A stretch of 43,731 bases of DNA from Candidatus Tenderia sp. (lineage in GTDB: Bacteria; Pseudomonadota; Gammaproteobacteria; Tenderiales; Tenderiaceae): positions 1 to 43,731 of the forward strand of contig JAYUTP010000253.1 in the NCBI GenBank assembly GCA_043755075.1, read 5' to 3'. Position numbers and translations under genes: made by a program. Shown piece by piece: positions 1 to 8,711 of this stretch. Position 1 is the stretch's first letter, and every line of letters starts with the position of its first letter. The notes under the pieces were generated by a model. The model had not been told where the DNA came from. It was given only the letters and a program-made list of their open reading frames with translations, and ran no database searches.

Positions 1-605
1 GCGCGCTCTGTATTCAACGTACCCAAAAACTTATCGGCAACCGCGATCATGGAAGCAGCACCAGTAGAGGTGGTAACATTATTGGTAGAGAGTGCCACCC
101 GAGTGGTAGCTGTTGAGAGGTTGGTAGTTTTAATACCGATGGTTTCGCCCTTGTCAGCACCTACTTGGAAGTTGAAGGTGGCGGCGCTAGCGCCAATGAT
201 CGCCTTACCGTTGAACTTAGTGCCGATGATACGCACGATTTCGCTCTTGAGCTCGGTGACTTCAGTATTTATCGCTGAACGGTCCGTGGTACTGTTCGAG
301 GCATTGACTGATTGAACGGCCAATTCACGTATACGCTGTACGTTGGTAGTAATCTCCTTTAACGAGCCTTCCGCAGTTTGTGCCAAAGAGATGGCATCGG
401 CAGAGTTACGGGCAGCTTGATTCAACCCGCGGATCTGGGCAGTAAAACGCTCAGAAATCGCCATACCGGCAGCGTCATCCTTGGCGCTATTGATGCGCAT
501 ACCAGAAGAGAGACGTTGCAATGCAGTCGACATCGCTGAATTGGTGTTATTCAGGTTACGCTGTGCATTGAGCGACATAATATTGGTGTTTATTGTTTGT
601 GCCAT
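1..605 (-). CDS. fliC: Flagellin, N-terminal 201 codons (3' end lies beyond the window edge)
   Basis: Absent from the ORF track because it is open at the window edge. Reverse-strand ATG at 605-603, with GGAG (rc of 614-617) 8 nt upstream. My translation: [82 protein letters not shown]..., the canonical flagellin D0/D1 N-terminus. No stop down to base 1. Confidence 0.9.
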   Translation of the reverse strand, partial: MAQTINTNIMSLNAQRNLNNTNSAMSTALQRLSSGMRINSAKDDAAGMAISERFTAQIRGLNQAARNSADAISLAQTAEGSLKEITTNVQRIRELAVQSVNASNSTTDRSAINTEVTELKSEIVRIIGTKFNGKAIIGASAATFNFQVGADKGETIGIKTTNLSTATTRVALSTNNVTTSTGAASMIAVADKFLGTLNTER

Positions 606-714
606 GATAACTACTCCTAGTACTTTGAGGCGACCTGTCAACTTTATGGCATGTCAGCCCACTCACTTGTAGCGGATATACTTCATTTAGAAATATTCAC
701 CGCTCCCATACTGT

Positions 715-742
715 TTATCGGCCCACTGAGCAGCGAACTTTA
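715..742 (-). promoter_or_regulatory. Sigma-28 (FliA) type promoter for fliC
   Basis: rc of 715-742 = TAAAGTTC-gctgctcagtgg-GCCGATAA. It has a perfect GCCGATAA -10 box and a TAAAG -35 box. The spacer is one nt longer than the E. coli consensus. It lies about 110 nt upstream of the fliC ATG. Confidence 0.6.
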
Positions 743-784
743 ATCAGATTCAGCATCATCCATACAGACCAGAGTTATGCTTAA

Positions 785-800
785 TGGCATCTATATTGCT
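785..800 (+). promoter_or_regulatory. Candidate sigma-54 promoter in front of the first maf gene
   Basis: TGGCAT-ctata-TTGCT matches TGGCAC-N5-TTGCW. The -12 GC sits only about 15 nt before the ATG at 814. The mRNA would then be nearly leaderless, unless translation starts at the second Met (835). Confidence 0.4.
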
Positions 801-813
801 ACTACCTTAGTCT

Positions 814-3378
814 ATGTCAACGGATGTCAAGACAATGACTAATCACCACACAGGTTCCATATCAAACAAAGCACTGCATGCCCACCTGCCAGTAAAAGAG
901 AATCGGTTTGGAGATCTGTATATTGAAGCGTTGGTCGGCACAACATTTGAGTCAGTGAGCGCCACAGAAGAGTTCCAGATGCGTTTCGGGGGTGCCCTCT
1001 TCCATGAACAGACTCTCTACATCATCGTAGGTAGCGATTCTGGCCTACTGCCAAAATATATTATTAACCATGGGCTGCCACGCGGCAGTCGCTATCTATT
1101 TGTGGAGCCCTATGAGATCAGGAATCATCTTGACGAGGATATGATTTCCGCTGAGTTGGCCAATAGAATCACCATCAGTGATGAAGCCCATTGGGTCGAA
1201 CATGCGCATGAGCTAGCGCTGCTAAATTATACTTACTCTGGAAAGATCAGCTACGTTCGCTCATGTGCCGCCCAACAAAATATCCACCCCGATTACCTAG
1301 TTCTCTCCCAAACACTTGATAGGGATCTACGCCATCTGTTCTGGCTCTTTACAACCCAGTTTGACAGCCATATTTTTATCAATAGCCAACTGGCTAATCT
1401 GGCGGAGAACCGCACTCCTGCCATCTGTTTGAAAGAGTGCTTCAAAGGAAAGAGCGCCATTATTCTGGGAGCAGCGCCATCTCTCGATGGCTTGATCCCG
1501 TGGATCAAGAAACATTGTAATGAAGTGATTATTATTGCTGTTTCGAGGATATCGGAACGGCTGCTACAGGTAGGAATCGAGCCCGACATAGTTGTTTCAG
1601 TCGATCCACAAAACGTTAGCTTCTCGGTAAGCAAGGGCATGCTAAACCTAGGAAACAGAACACTTCTCGTCAATGGCAGTCACGCCACACCACTGTTGGT
1701 TGGGCAATGGCCGAACCGCAGTGTATTTTTAGGCCCACGATTACCATGGCATGACGAAGGATTTAACAACTTTTCAACTATTGCCCCAACCGTCACCAAT
1801 AATGCAATTCTTCTGGCACAAGAGTTAGGCTGTAACCAAATAATACTTGCAGGCGTTGATCTCTGTTACAGCGCAAATGGCTACACGCACGCACAAGGAA
1901 CGGCAGAGCGTACCGCTGGAGCGATGATCGGGAAGTTTGATTTTATTGTCACAACAAATTCAGGCACAGCAGCTGATACCAACAAGGGCTATTACGAAGC
2001 GATCAGTGAAATATGTAAACAAGCACAGAAGGCCTTGATTAACGGCTGTAAAATCATAAATCTGGCGGAAACTGCTGCTAAAATAGAAGGCGTTGAGTAT
2101 ATCCATCCTGAAAAAATCATCATCACCCATCCACTTACTGAACCTGCGTTTGATACAATTTCATCACTGCTCGATAAAGATACAGTCGAGGATCGATGCA
2201 GTCACTACAACGCAACAATAAAGCAGATCGACAAAGCCACCAAAGAATTAAGAAACATCATAAGACTCGCCACTGTAGCGCTTAATTGCAATGCAAAAAT
2301 GGAAAAATTATTAAAAACTCCAGATTATTCAAAATACAAAATACAGATGGATAAAATTGAAAGAAAGCTCAATCTCCGCTATGAAGTGATGAGCACCGTT
2401 GTTAAATCTTATAACTCCAGTGGTTTTTCAAAAATCATCACTGCCGATACTGGTGACGACTGGACTTCTGGCGAGCTCTTTGACAAAACAAAAACCTATT
2501 ACGATGAATATATCCACGGATCATCTGTTTTACTGGGACATATCCATGACTCAAAAAAAAGACTTTTAAACCGTCTTGAAGAAGAGAGCCCATCACCAAA
2601 ATTCGAGCGTATGTTTATACAATGGCAACAAGATATTGAATTTGGCCGGGCGATGATATGGAAAGAACGCCATCCAGACATCTATAAAAAATCGTTAGCG
2701 CAAATAAATCAGCACATGAATACCCTGACGAATCAGTTCAACTCATTACTCGATACTGACAACAAAAATTTCGACAACGCCATCCAGAGCCACTTTGCAG
2801 ACCCAAACACTTATGGAAAAATTGTAGAGAATGCTATAGCCCATCATGCCAAAGGTGATGAGGATGGATTAGTACGGTTATCTGAAGGCTTGCTTGAACG
2901 CACTGAAGAACTCTCAGTCCAGACTCTCTTATTGGTCAATGGGCTTATAAGCGAGTTGAAAAATAACTATAAAAAGGCCGAAGATACCTACTACTCAATA
3001 GATCCCAAGGTCAGTCTCGATCTAAAACAGATTGCACTTGAACGGATTGTTAATTTTTCATTGGTGAAAGAAGATTACAAAACAGTACTGCCCGCATTAA
3101 AGCAGCTCTCAGAGATAAGGGTAAGCTATAGACCTTTTTATGCAAGATTTCTCGCGCTTGCAGGAGAAGTTGTGGAAGCGATTGAAGTATATACCCAGCA
3201 TCTTCAATATCAACCTCGTGATATAGATACTTTAGTTGAACTTGGTATGTTGCTAGCGGCGGCTGGTGCAAGAGAGGCCGCCGAAAGTATATTGAACCAA
3301 ATTAGCGAGGCAGATCCAACTCATTCAGGCATTGATAATCTAACGCAGGCACTGGAGACTAACTTGTCTCAACATTAA
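814..3378 (+). CDS. maf: Motility-associated factor (Maf, DUF115/MptE-like) putative flagellin nonulosonate glycosyltransferase with long C-terminal helical/TPR-like extension
   Basis: 854 aa. Central block ...SAIILGAAPSLDGLIPWIKKHCNEVIIIAVSRISERLLQVGIEPDIVVSVDPQ... and ...ILAGVDLCY... are typical of the Maf/DUF115 fold. The C-terminal approx 400 aa are helical, with TPR-like repeats at the end (EDYKTVLPALKQL..., AIEVYTQHLQYQPRDIDTLVELGMLLAAAG). Divergent from fliC. The alternative start is Met8 at 835. Confidence 0.8.
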   Translation: MSTDVKTMTNHHTGSISNKALHAHLPVKENRFGDLYIEALVGTTFESVSATEEFQMRFGGALFHEQTLYIIVGSDSGLLPKYIINHGLPRGSRYLFVEPYEIRNHLDEDMISAELANRITISDEAHWVEHAHELALLNYTYSGKISYVRSCAAQQNIHPDYLVLSQTLDRDLRHLFWLFTTQFDSHIFINSQLANLAENRTPAICLKECFKGKSAIILGAAPSLDGLIPWIKKHCNEVIIIAVSRISERLLQVGIEPDIVVSVDPQNVSFSVSKGMLNLGNRTLLVNGSHATPLLVGQWPNRSVFLGPRLPWHDEGFNNFSTIAPTVTNNAILLAQELGCNQIILAGVDLCYSANGYTHAQGTAERTAGAMIGKFDFIVTTNSGTAADTNKGYYEAISEICKQAQKALINGCKIINLAETAAKIEGVEYIHPEKIIITHPLTEPAFDTISSLLDKDTVEDRCSHYNATIKQIDKATKELRNIIRLATVALNCNAKMEKLLKTPDYSKYKIQMDKIERKLNLRYEVMSTVVKSYNSSGFSKIITADTGDDWTSGELFDKTKTYYDEYIHGSSVLLGHIHDSKKRLLNRLEEESPSPKFERMFIQWQQDIEFGRAMIWKERHPDIYKKSLAQINQHMNTLTNQFNSLLDTDNKNFDNAIQSHFADPNTYGKIVENAIAHHAKGDEDGLVRLSEGLLERTEELSVQTLLLVNGLISELKNNYKKAEDTYYSIDPKVSLDLKQIALERIVNFSLVKEDYKTVLPALKQLSEIRVSYRPFYARFLALAGEVVEAIEVYTQHLQYQPRDIDTLVELGMLLAAAGAREAAESILNQISEADPTHSGIDNLTQALETNLSQH

Positions 3379-3412
3379 AAATAATAAGAGAACCAGATCC
3401 ATTATAAAAAAA

Positions 3413-3679
3413 TCAGGCATAAGCGCCAAGCGCACTGTTTGGCAGCATGTACTCCAGAAGATCAGCAACAAAAATATAATCACCGCGCTGTTGCGCCGCA
3501 ACAACAAGATTTAGCAGCTCTTCCTCATTTTTACCAAGAGCAGCGGAATTTTTCGCCAATAGCGGTTCCAAACAATCCATCAGTCGCATCAAGGAATCAT
3601 TGCCGCGGCTCTCCATGCCCAGTCGAAAGGCCTCAACAGCCTCCACCCTATAGATATCACATTTTTTTTTCTCCGCCAT
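3413..3679 (-). CDS. Hypothetical 88-aa acidic helical protein, last gene of the island operon
   Basis: The ORF lies 10 nt downstream of maf2 on the same strand. I recognise no family. Helical-looking sequence (..LMRLMDCLEPLLAKNSAALGKNEEELLNLVVAAQQRGDYIFVADLLEYML). Confidence 0.45.
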   Translation of the reverse strand: MAEKKKCDIYRVEAVEAFRLGMESRGNDSLMRLMDCLEPLLAKNSAALGKNEEELLNLVVAAQQRGDYIFVADLLEYMLPNSALGAYA

Positions 3680-3689
3680 AAATAAGTCC

Positions 3690-4979
3690 TCAAATAGAGT
3701 CTGGATAATCTGTCCCGGTAATCAATGCCCCTGAACGACTGGCATTGATAAAAGTGACCTGAGGATGCTGGGCGATGTAGCGCTCCAAGTCACGCATATA
3801 GCCACGCAGGTTTTTTGAGGTCAACACCTGATGGCCATGGCCATCCTCCAACCACTCCTGATACCCCAGCTGATCGGTAGCGACTTCAAAGACGGCGCCA
3901 GCAACATGGGTTCTGCTGCCCGGAAACGAGAAGTCACCCCCCATCAGCCAAAGCTGACGACTGCCCATCTTTACCGCTAGATCAACCGCAGCGTGAAACA
4001 CGGTGCCGGAGGCGTAGAGTATGCCTCTGGGATGTTGCAGCGCCAGTTGCTCATAGAGCGGGCTATTAGAGTAAGCGGCGTAACGCGGTCCTGGCCAATG
4101 CTCCATCACGGCACGATGCACAATCGGAAAGTAGACCAATGGCGTATTCGCCAGCAAGGAGAGATCAACATCAAAAAGTTTTATGATGTGGTCAGGTGCG
4201 CCATCGATAGTCACTACCACATCAGGAACGATACCGTTCTGCATTAGCGGTTTGAGCGCTGCATCAACCGCAAACAGATAGATGCCAGACTTGCGCTCAC
4301 GGAGCCGTTGATAGTGTTCACTCAATGATGGCCCGGCGCCCGCCACATAACAGCGCTGGTTTCCATAGCGACCAAAGAGTGAATCAACATCACCATCGGA
4401 TTTAACAAGTTCGACACTCGAAGCTATCTGCTGCTGGAATAGCGGATTACTCCTGACCCTGGCGTTGATATAGTCGGTATCAAGTTCCAGCACAATTTGA
4501 TCGCGCACTTTAGCCGCCATTGGATCAACAATTTTGAGACACGCTGGCACCACCGCAAACGGAACACGAATATCGGTGCGCGCAGTTGCCTGTGTCAGCC
4601 TGACGCGGTGATCTGCCAACCAATCACTCTGATCAAAATAATGCAGACAACTTCTGAAGAGTTCCAGATTCAGTATTACCACATCGAGCTGCTGCAACGG
4701 CTGACGTTGTAATAGTTCACGCTGTAAATCACCTGTCGCCACGCCATAGATCCATGCCGACGACGCGCCCTCCGCCACCCGAGTGGCCTGGAGTCTCGCC
4801 TCACGTTTGCTATCAAAACAACTGCTCAGGTGAATGCCATCCACCAGCAGGGTGGGCGCTTCCGTTTCACTGACAAAATGGGCTCGTTCTGCCGAATCAA
4901 GCAGGATGAGCGACTGATATAAGACCGGCCAGCGTCGTTCGATAATCGTCAGGTTACGCTGCAAAAATCCGCTGTCCAT
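3690..4979 (-). CDS. maf: Second Maf (DUF115/MptE-like) protein, short form lacking the C-terminal helical domain
   Basis: 429 aa. Maf-type N-terminus (FLQRNLTIIERRWPVLYQSL) and core CYVAGAGPSLSEHYQRL..IYLFAVDAALKPLMQNGIVPDVVVTIDG ... LWLMGGDFSF. Confidence 0.8.
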   Translation of the reverse strand: MDSGFLQRNLTIIERRWPVLYQSLILLDSAERAHFVSETEAPTLLVDGIHLSSCFDSKREARLQATRVAEGASSAWIYGVATGDLQRELLQRQPLQQLDVVILNLELFRSCLHYFDQSDWLADHRVRLTQATARTDIRVPFAVVPACLKIVDPMAAKVRDQIVLELDTDYINARVRSNPLFQQQIASSVELVKSDGDVDSLFGRYGNQRCYVAGAGPSLSEHYQRLRERKSGIYLFAVDAALKPLMQNGIVPDVVVTIDGAPDHIIKLFDVDLSLLANTPLVYFPIVHRAVMEHWPGPRYAAYSNSPLYEQLALQHPRGILYASGTVFHAAVDLAVKMGSRQLWLMGGDFSFPGSRTHVAGAVFEVATDQLGYQEWLEDGHGHQVLTSKNLRGYMRDLERYIAQHPQVTFINASRSGALITGTDYPDSI

Positions 4980-4985
4980 ACTCCC

Positions 4986-6953
4986 CTACTCCGCTGGCCT
5001 AAGTGTAAAAAAGAATCCCGGTAACTCACCGCCATCGCAGAATGATTCATCCAGTTCCGCTAGCGAAAAGACAATCTGCGTCAACGCGGTGGGTGAGCAC
5101 TCGCGATGATAGAGCATCGGAAATGCTGCACAGGCGGATGGCTGCCAATCGATCACCAGTCCCACCTGCTTATCCTTCACCGTAATTGAGCCGCTCTCTC
5201 CGCCTAATCCGTTAGTGACCGAGACCAACGTCGAAGCCGAGTGGGTATGAAATACATCGCGGTCGATCGCAAAAGACTCTACCAACTTGCCGCCATTGCG
5301 CGTCTGCACCGTTACTGCGCCAGAAAACGCCTCGGGCAAAAGGGTGATGAAGCCAGTTCTCACTGTGCCATAAGGACGTTTCCAGCCGGGAAATTCAACA
5401 CCACAGCCGACCTCTTCACCTGCCCGCGCGATACGTAGATGCTTGATAATATCACCCTCTTTAGTGGTCACTGCGGCACGCAGATAGAGGTAGCGGTCAT
5501 CGTAACGAATGTGCGCTTCAACACGCTCAAGATCAGTGATCCGTTTATGTTGCGTGACCTGTTCAATCACCGTGTTGGCGCTGTAAAAATCAGCGCCAAG
5601 ATCAATGGATGTGAAGTAGCCGTGAGGCAACGTACCAATAATTGGTGTCCAACCATGCCGTTTAAAAGCAAGGGCATCAATCGCCATGCCACGCCGCAGG
5701 TTCAGCCGCAATCGTAGTGTGGCGGTCGCAATGTCCAACATTATCCCTTCCGGGTCACGCGTCACTGTCACACCTTCACAGAGCCCTTGTGACGTTCCCA
5801 CCACCGGAAAAGCTTCATGCACACCGCCATCAAAATGGCTGTCGCTGCCCAACGCCGACAACAACCGCTGCACCTGATCACGCGCCTCGCCCCAACGTGT
5901 TGCGGTGATATGAGTACGAATATCACTTGCCCACAACTCGCAGAGTGTGCGCCACTTAGACTGATTCACACTGCCCCTCAAGCGCTGATAGAGGCGATGG
6001 CACATCGTATTGATCCACAAATCATCACGTCCGGTAATGGCCCAGCGGCTGACATTATATTTGGCCTGTTTTTTTACCACGATCGGCTGTGATACTGAGG
6101 TGAGGCAGAGCATTTCGCCAGAACTATGCGCCAGATGTTGATTCAGTGCTGTCGTGGGTAATACAAGTTCAATCGGGTAGTCATCTGCGAGTTTTTCGAT
6201 CAGCCCCGTTAAGCGCCGCCATTCACCTTCAGGATGAAGCTTCGATTCGACGTCATAACGGCCTGGTCGGTAATCAAATACCTCGGCATCATTGCAATAG
6301 AGCGCCAGCGGTACTCGATTGGTGGCCAGCCGCTTTTCGAAATAATCAAGATAGTCCACTAGGCGAATATCGCCGTGCATGTAGCGCTGAAGTTTCTGAA
6401 ATAGAATCGAATCAGACCAAAGCACTGGCAGCGTGATATTGCCTTCGTGATCACTGGCATGACTCGGCAGGTTCTCCGCATCCCAACTGCGACCATGGGC
6501 CAACGTCACATTATCGCGATCCATGATGATGCCCGCATAGCCGACATCCTGATACAGCTCTAGCATGCCGCTCGAATAAGCCATTTCGTTGACCAGCACC
6601 AGCGTCGGTTTTACACCTAGCAGTTCTGTATAAGTCTCCAAGCCGAGGTATTGATTCCACTGATTGACCTCAAAGGGAATCAACGGGCCAATGATCTGAC
6701 TGTAACCACTGCCAATCAACTCTGTACGCCCCTGCGCCAGCGCCGTTTTGAAACGTGTCACCCATTCAGGTGCCAGAGTATTTATCTGTAATAACGTCCA
6801 GCCGGTCAGTTCGATACCGATTTTAAAATCATGCTGCTCGATCAATTCAAGCAATGGTATATAACACGTCTTTATCACCGTCAGGCGTTGTTCTTCCGCG
6901 ATGGAGGAGTAAGCAAGATTGAGATGGAATATGGTAAACGCTTGTTTCATCAT
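4986..6953 (-). CDS. GH57-like glycoside hydrolase-fold protein (function unknown in this context)
   Basis: Strings resembling the GH57 conserved regions: FHLNLAYSS (HQP region), GRTELIGSGYSQIIGPL (GQLEI region), LVNEMAYS (nucleophile Glu region), YCNDAEVFDY (HDDGEKFG acid/base region), WASDIRTH. I trimmed the start to ATG 6953 (MMKQAF..), which forms an ATGA overlap with the stop of the upstream gene. The 26 codons upstream in the track ORF overlap that gene. Confidence 0.55.
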   Translation of the reverse strand: MMKQAFTIFHLNLAYSSIAEEQRLTVIKTCYIPLLELIEQHDFKIGIELTGWTLLQINTLAPEWVTRFKTALAQGRTELIGSGYSQIIGPLIPFEVNQWNQYLGLETYTELLGVKPTLVLVNEMAYSSGMLELYQDVGYAGIIMDRDNVTLAHGRSWDAENLPSHASDHEGNITLPVLWSDSILFQKLQRYMHGDIRLVDYLDYFEKRLATNRVPLALYCNDAEVFDYRPGRYDVESKLHPEGEWRRLTGLIEKLADDYPIELVLPTTALNQHLAHSSGEMLCLTSVSQPIVVKKQAKYNVSRWAITGRDDLWINTMCHRLYQRLRGSVNQSKWRTLCELWASDIRTHITATRWGEARDQVQRLLSALGSDSHFDGGVHEAFPVVGTSQGLCEGVTVTRDPEGIMLDIATATLRLRLNLRRGMAIDALAFKRHGWTPIIGTLPHGYFTSIDLGADFYSANTVIEQVTQHKRITDLERVEAHIRYDDRYLYLRAAVTTKEGDIIKHLRIARAGEEVGCGVEFPGWKRPYGTVRTGFITLLPEAFSGAVTVQTRNGGKLVESFAIDRDVFHTHSASTLVSVTNGLGGESGSITVKDKQVGLVIDWQPSACAAFPMLYHRECSPTALTQIVFSLAELDESFCDGGELPGFFFTLRPAE

Positions 6954-8707
6954 TCTCTCCTCAACAACGCCATCACGCGGGAGGCGAGTTTCACTGCGCC
7001 ATCGCAACCGTTCATTTTTTCTCCCGCACAAACAGCCAATTTTTTTGCGCTATTGGCATTCGTCATCAACTCCACCAATCCCTCCACCGCGCCTTCTGTA
7101 TTCAACGCTAATCTCGCCACATCCGCCGCTTTAAATGCCGCCATCTCCGCCTGTTGAGCATCAACGGGATGATAGGAAACCACCGGTTTTCCCAGCTTTA
7201 ATAGTTCAAACAGCGTAACGCCATAAGGGGTGATGGCGTAGTCGGATTCCATCATCAACTGCGATAAATTTTCTGGTGCTTGTTTAAGTTGCCAACTCAA
7301 ACGCGGTTTGGCTGGCAAGCTTGGAGATTTTGCATAAGGTCCTTGCACCCAAGTGATATTTGCTGTTGTTGGTAACAAACGGTCAAGCATCGCGGGCCAC
7401 AACTCGCCCAGGCCGTAATGATCACTGCCACCGGTCATAACAATCACTCGATTACCCTCGCTCCATTCGCGTGAGTTGAATGCCGGATCGATGAAGTAGT
7501 GATCCCAACCAAACGTTACTTTATTTACGCCCGCTTGTTTTAAATGACTGGGAGTGACATAAAACGAGGGAATATAAATCAGATCGAGCAGATCATGTTG
7601 TTCAAACAAACCATCCACAGCAACCGTGACAATCTGCTGCTGACGGAGTTGCGAAAGCAGCGCCGCAATATTGCCCGGCAGACGATCAACGGCAACATCA
7701 AACACTACCGCCTCAGGACGATAGGCCTCCATTCTTTTCAATAGCGTTTCACTGAATTTTTGCGGCGCAACAAAGGTGTGTGGCAGCAACGCTAATCCAG
7801 GGAGCGCCACCTCTCCGCCCACAATCATCAGCTCAACCCCGGCAGAGAAGTGATCTTGCAACGCCCGCGCCAGCCGCGTGGTTCTGCGCAGATGGCCTAG
7901 GCCAACCGCCTCGCCACACTGCGTCAGCAGCAGAATTTTTGCCGATTTATCCATGACGCCCTTCTGCCGCACCTGTTGATTGATCAGGCGCAACGGCTCA
8001 TCACGCTGTAACTCATCAATCACCCACGCCAATGAGACAATGGAATCATCTGCATGATGCTGATACCAACGTCGATAGACCTCCGCCATGAACTGATAGT
8101 CAGAGGGGGTATCGACAGAGATGCGCTGTTCGATGCGAGAGTAGATCTCGTCATCGTCAACCGTCACCACGGTCAGCGCCGTCGCCTTTTTCAGTGAGCT
8201 GCCGACATGCTCACGATCACTCGGCTCAGTCGCCAGCTCAACAAGCCGGTTCCAGGTCTTGAGTGGGTAAGGCATGAACCCTTCGTGCATTGTGCGATTT
8301 TCTGGGCTAGTAAATTTTAAGGAGACAACATCAGCCTCTGGTGCCATGAGCAGACCGTTGATCATGCGCGAGACAATGGTCGGCTCGATCAACGGTGAGT
8401 CACCGCAAAAATAGACGACGATCTGTGGTTGATATTGTTTGACGATGGCATCGACACGCCCCACTAGATCATTCACATCCCCGGCAAAGGCAAACACTGT
8501 TTTACCTGTTTGCCGCGCCCACTGCACCAGTGGCTGGTTGTACTCATCGGCAGTGGTGGCCAGCACAATCGCATCGAGTTCCGGGATCTTTTCCAGCCGT
8601 TCAAAGAGGCGAGCGATCAACGGCTTGTCGGCCAGGTCAAGCAGATGTTTACCCGGCAAACGGCTGGAGTTAAGACGGGCACCGATAACACCTAATACCT
8701 TGCTCAT
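6950..8707 (-). CDS. Fusion protein: SpsF/PseF-like cytidylyltransferase (N-terminal) + PseG/SpsG-like UDP-sugar hydrolase, GT28-type (C-terminal)
   Basis: The N-terminus VLGVIGARLNSSRLPGKHLLDLADKPLIARL is the ARxxSxRLPGK cytidylyltransferase signature. From about aa 255, KILLLTQCGEAVGLGHLRRTTRLARAL resembles the PseG N-terminal G-x-G-H-x-x-R motif. The C-terminal half is Rossmann-like. It is a single uninterrupted 585-aa ORF. Confidence 0.7.
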   Translation of the reverse strand: MSKVLGVIGARLNSSRLPGKHLLDLADKPLIARLFERLEKIPELDAIVLATTADEYNQPLVQWARQTGKTVFAFAGDVNDLVGRVDAIVKQYQPQIVVYFCGDSPLIEPTIVSRMINGLLMAPEADVVSLKFTSPENRTMHEGFMPYPLKTWNRLVELATEPSDREHVGSSLKKATALTVVTVDDDEIYSRIEQRISVDTPSDYQFMAEVYRRWYQHHADDSIVSLAWVIDELQRDEPLRLINQQVRQKGVMDKSAKILLLTQCGEAVGLGHLRRTTRLARALQDHFSAGVELMIVGGEVALPGLALLPHTFVAPQKFSETLLKRMEAYRPEAVVFDVAVDRLPGNIAALLSQLRQQQIVTVAVDGLFEQHDLLDLIYIPSFYVTPSHLKQAGVNKVTFGWDHYFIDPAFNSREWSEGNRVIVMTGGSDHYGLGELWPAMLDRLLPTTANITWVQGPYAKSPSLPAKPRLSWQLKQAPENLSQLMMESDYAITPYGVTLFELLKLGKPVVSYHPVDAQQAEMAAFKAADVARLALNTEGAVEGLVELMTNANSAKKLAVCAGEKMNGCDGAVKLASRVMALLRRE

Positions 8708-8711
8708 AATC

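Noticed and set aside
49-672. Plus-strand track ORFs 49-315 and 481-672
   Set aside because: They lie antisense to, or overlap the start of, the clearly recognisable flagellin reading frame on the minus strand. Their translations are low-complexity shadows.
6954-7031. 26-codon N-terminal extension of the GH57-like ORF
   Set aside because: It overlaps the 3' end of the upstream gene. An ATG at 6953 gives a classic ATGA stop/start overlap, and the homologous region starts right after it.
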